Below the pieces are notes generated by a model. It saw nothing but the letters and a program-made list of their open reading frames with translations, did no database searches and had not been told where the DNA came from. From assembly GCA_964016885.1 (NCBI GenBank), contig CAXHJY010000517.1, forward strand, positions 62,001 to 126,000: a stretch of DNA of 64,000 bases, in the 5' to 3' direction. Below, piece after piece: positions 63,346 through 64,000 of this stretch. A program made the translations under genes and the position numbers. The stretch comes from Eledone cirrhosa (Eukaryota). Numbering within the stretch: position 1 is the stretch's first letter; the number at the start of each line of letters is the position of its first letter.

Positions 63346-64000
63346 ATTCGACTGTTGTCTTTAAGGTTCAGTCATTAGACTGCTGTCTTTAAGGTTCAGT
63401 CATTAGACTGCTGCCTTCAAGGTTCAGTCATTTGATTGTTGTCTTTAAGGTTCACTAATTCGACGGCTGTCTTTAAGTTTCAGTCATTAGACTGCTGTCT
63501 TTAAGGTTCAGTCATTCGACTGTTGTCTTTAAGGTTCAGTCATTAGACTGTTGTCTTTAAGGTTCAGTCATTAGACTGTTGTCTTTAAGGTTCAGTCATT
63601 AGACTGCAGTCTTTAAGGTTCAGTCATTAGACTGCTGTCTTTAAGTTTCAGTCATTAGACTGTTGTCTTTAAGGGTTTCAGTCATTCGACTGCTGTCTTT
63701 AAGGTTCAGTCATTTGACTCTTACCTTTAAGGTTCAGTCATTAGACTGTTGTCTTTAAGGTTCAGTCATTAGACTGCTGTCTTTAAGGTTTAGTCATTCG
63801 ACTGCTGTCTTTAAGGTTCACTCATTCGACTGCTGTCTTTAAGGTTCAGTCATTAGACTGTTGTCTTTATGGTTCTGTCATTAGACTGTTGTCTTTAAGG
63901 TTCGGTCATTAGACTGCTGTCTTTAAGATTCACTCATTCGACGGTTGTCTTTATGGTTCAGTCATTAGACTGCTGTCTTTAAGGTTCAGTCATTAGACTG

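Larger units (their letters stand above)
3346..64000. repeat. 28-bp tandem satellite array, ~2,160 monomers, runs off the window end
   Basis: Consensus GTTCAGTCATTAGACTG(C/T)TGTCTTTAAG. The 28-bp period is confirmed by phase recurrence every 420 bp (15 monomers). Single orientation, stop codons in all frames, rare 27/29/30-bp variants. Confidence 0.99.

Noticed and set aside
3346-64000. CRISPR array: a 28-bp unit starting GTTCA with a 5-bp stem superficially resembles type I-F repeats
   Set aside because: Units are directly adjacent with no unique spacers, there are no cas genes or leader, and the context is eukaryotic.
3346-64000. Coding tandem repeat, or information encoded in the C/T pattern
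   Set aside because: 28 is not a multiple of 3 and monomers carry stops on both strands, so no ORF exists. The variant patterns are explained by nested duplications.
3346-64000. Telomerase-type telomeric repeat
   Set aside because: No TTAGGG-like short unit, and kb-scale duplications of variants indicate recombination rather than templated addition.
3346-64000. Array of homeodomain (TAATGA) or AP-1-like (TGACTGA) sites on the minus strand; helical or nucleosome phasing
   Set aside because: Such short motifs occur readily by chance in a 28-mer, and nothing in the sequence supports binding or phasing.

Overview
Eukaryotic, repeat-only window with no supportable intact protein-coding gene. The SINE type suggests a cephalopod, probably Octopus (inference from recalled consensus, not searched). 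Bases 1-3345 are a dense mosaic of transposon relics and microsatellites: a degenerate hairpin, a tRNA-derived SINE, a ~760-bp element with 88-bp terminal inverted repeats, and 3'-end fragments of three non-LTR retrotransposon types (RTE/Expander-like, CRE-like, Tx1/L1-like). From ~3346 to the window end is one head-to-tail 28-bp satellite, consensus GTTCAGTCATTAGACTG(C/T)TGTCTTTAAG, ~60.6 kb and ~2,160 monomers. I saw no inversion or foreign insertion in it. The monomer holds two overlapping hairpins and resembles a collapsed end of an octopus SINE. Rare variants show nested duplications at offsets of 784, 812, 1,708, 3,254, 3,358, 3,447, 3,751 and 15,057 bp, and edge-type haplotypes recur ~50 kb away around a central domain.
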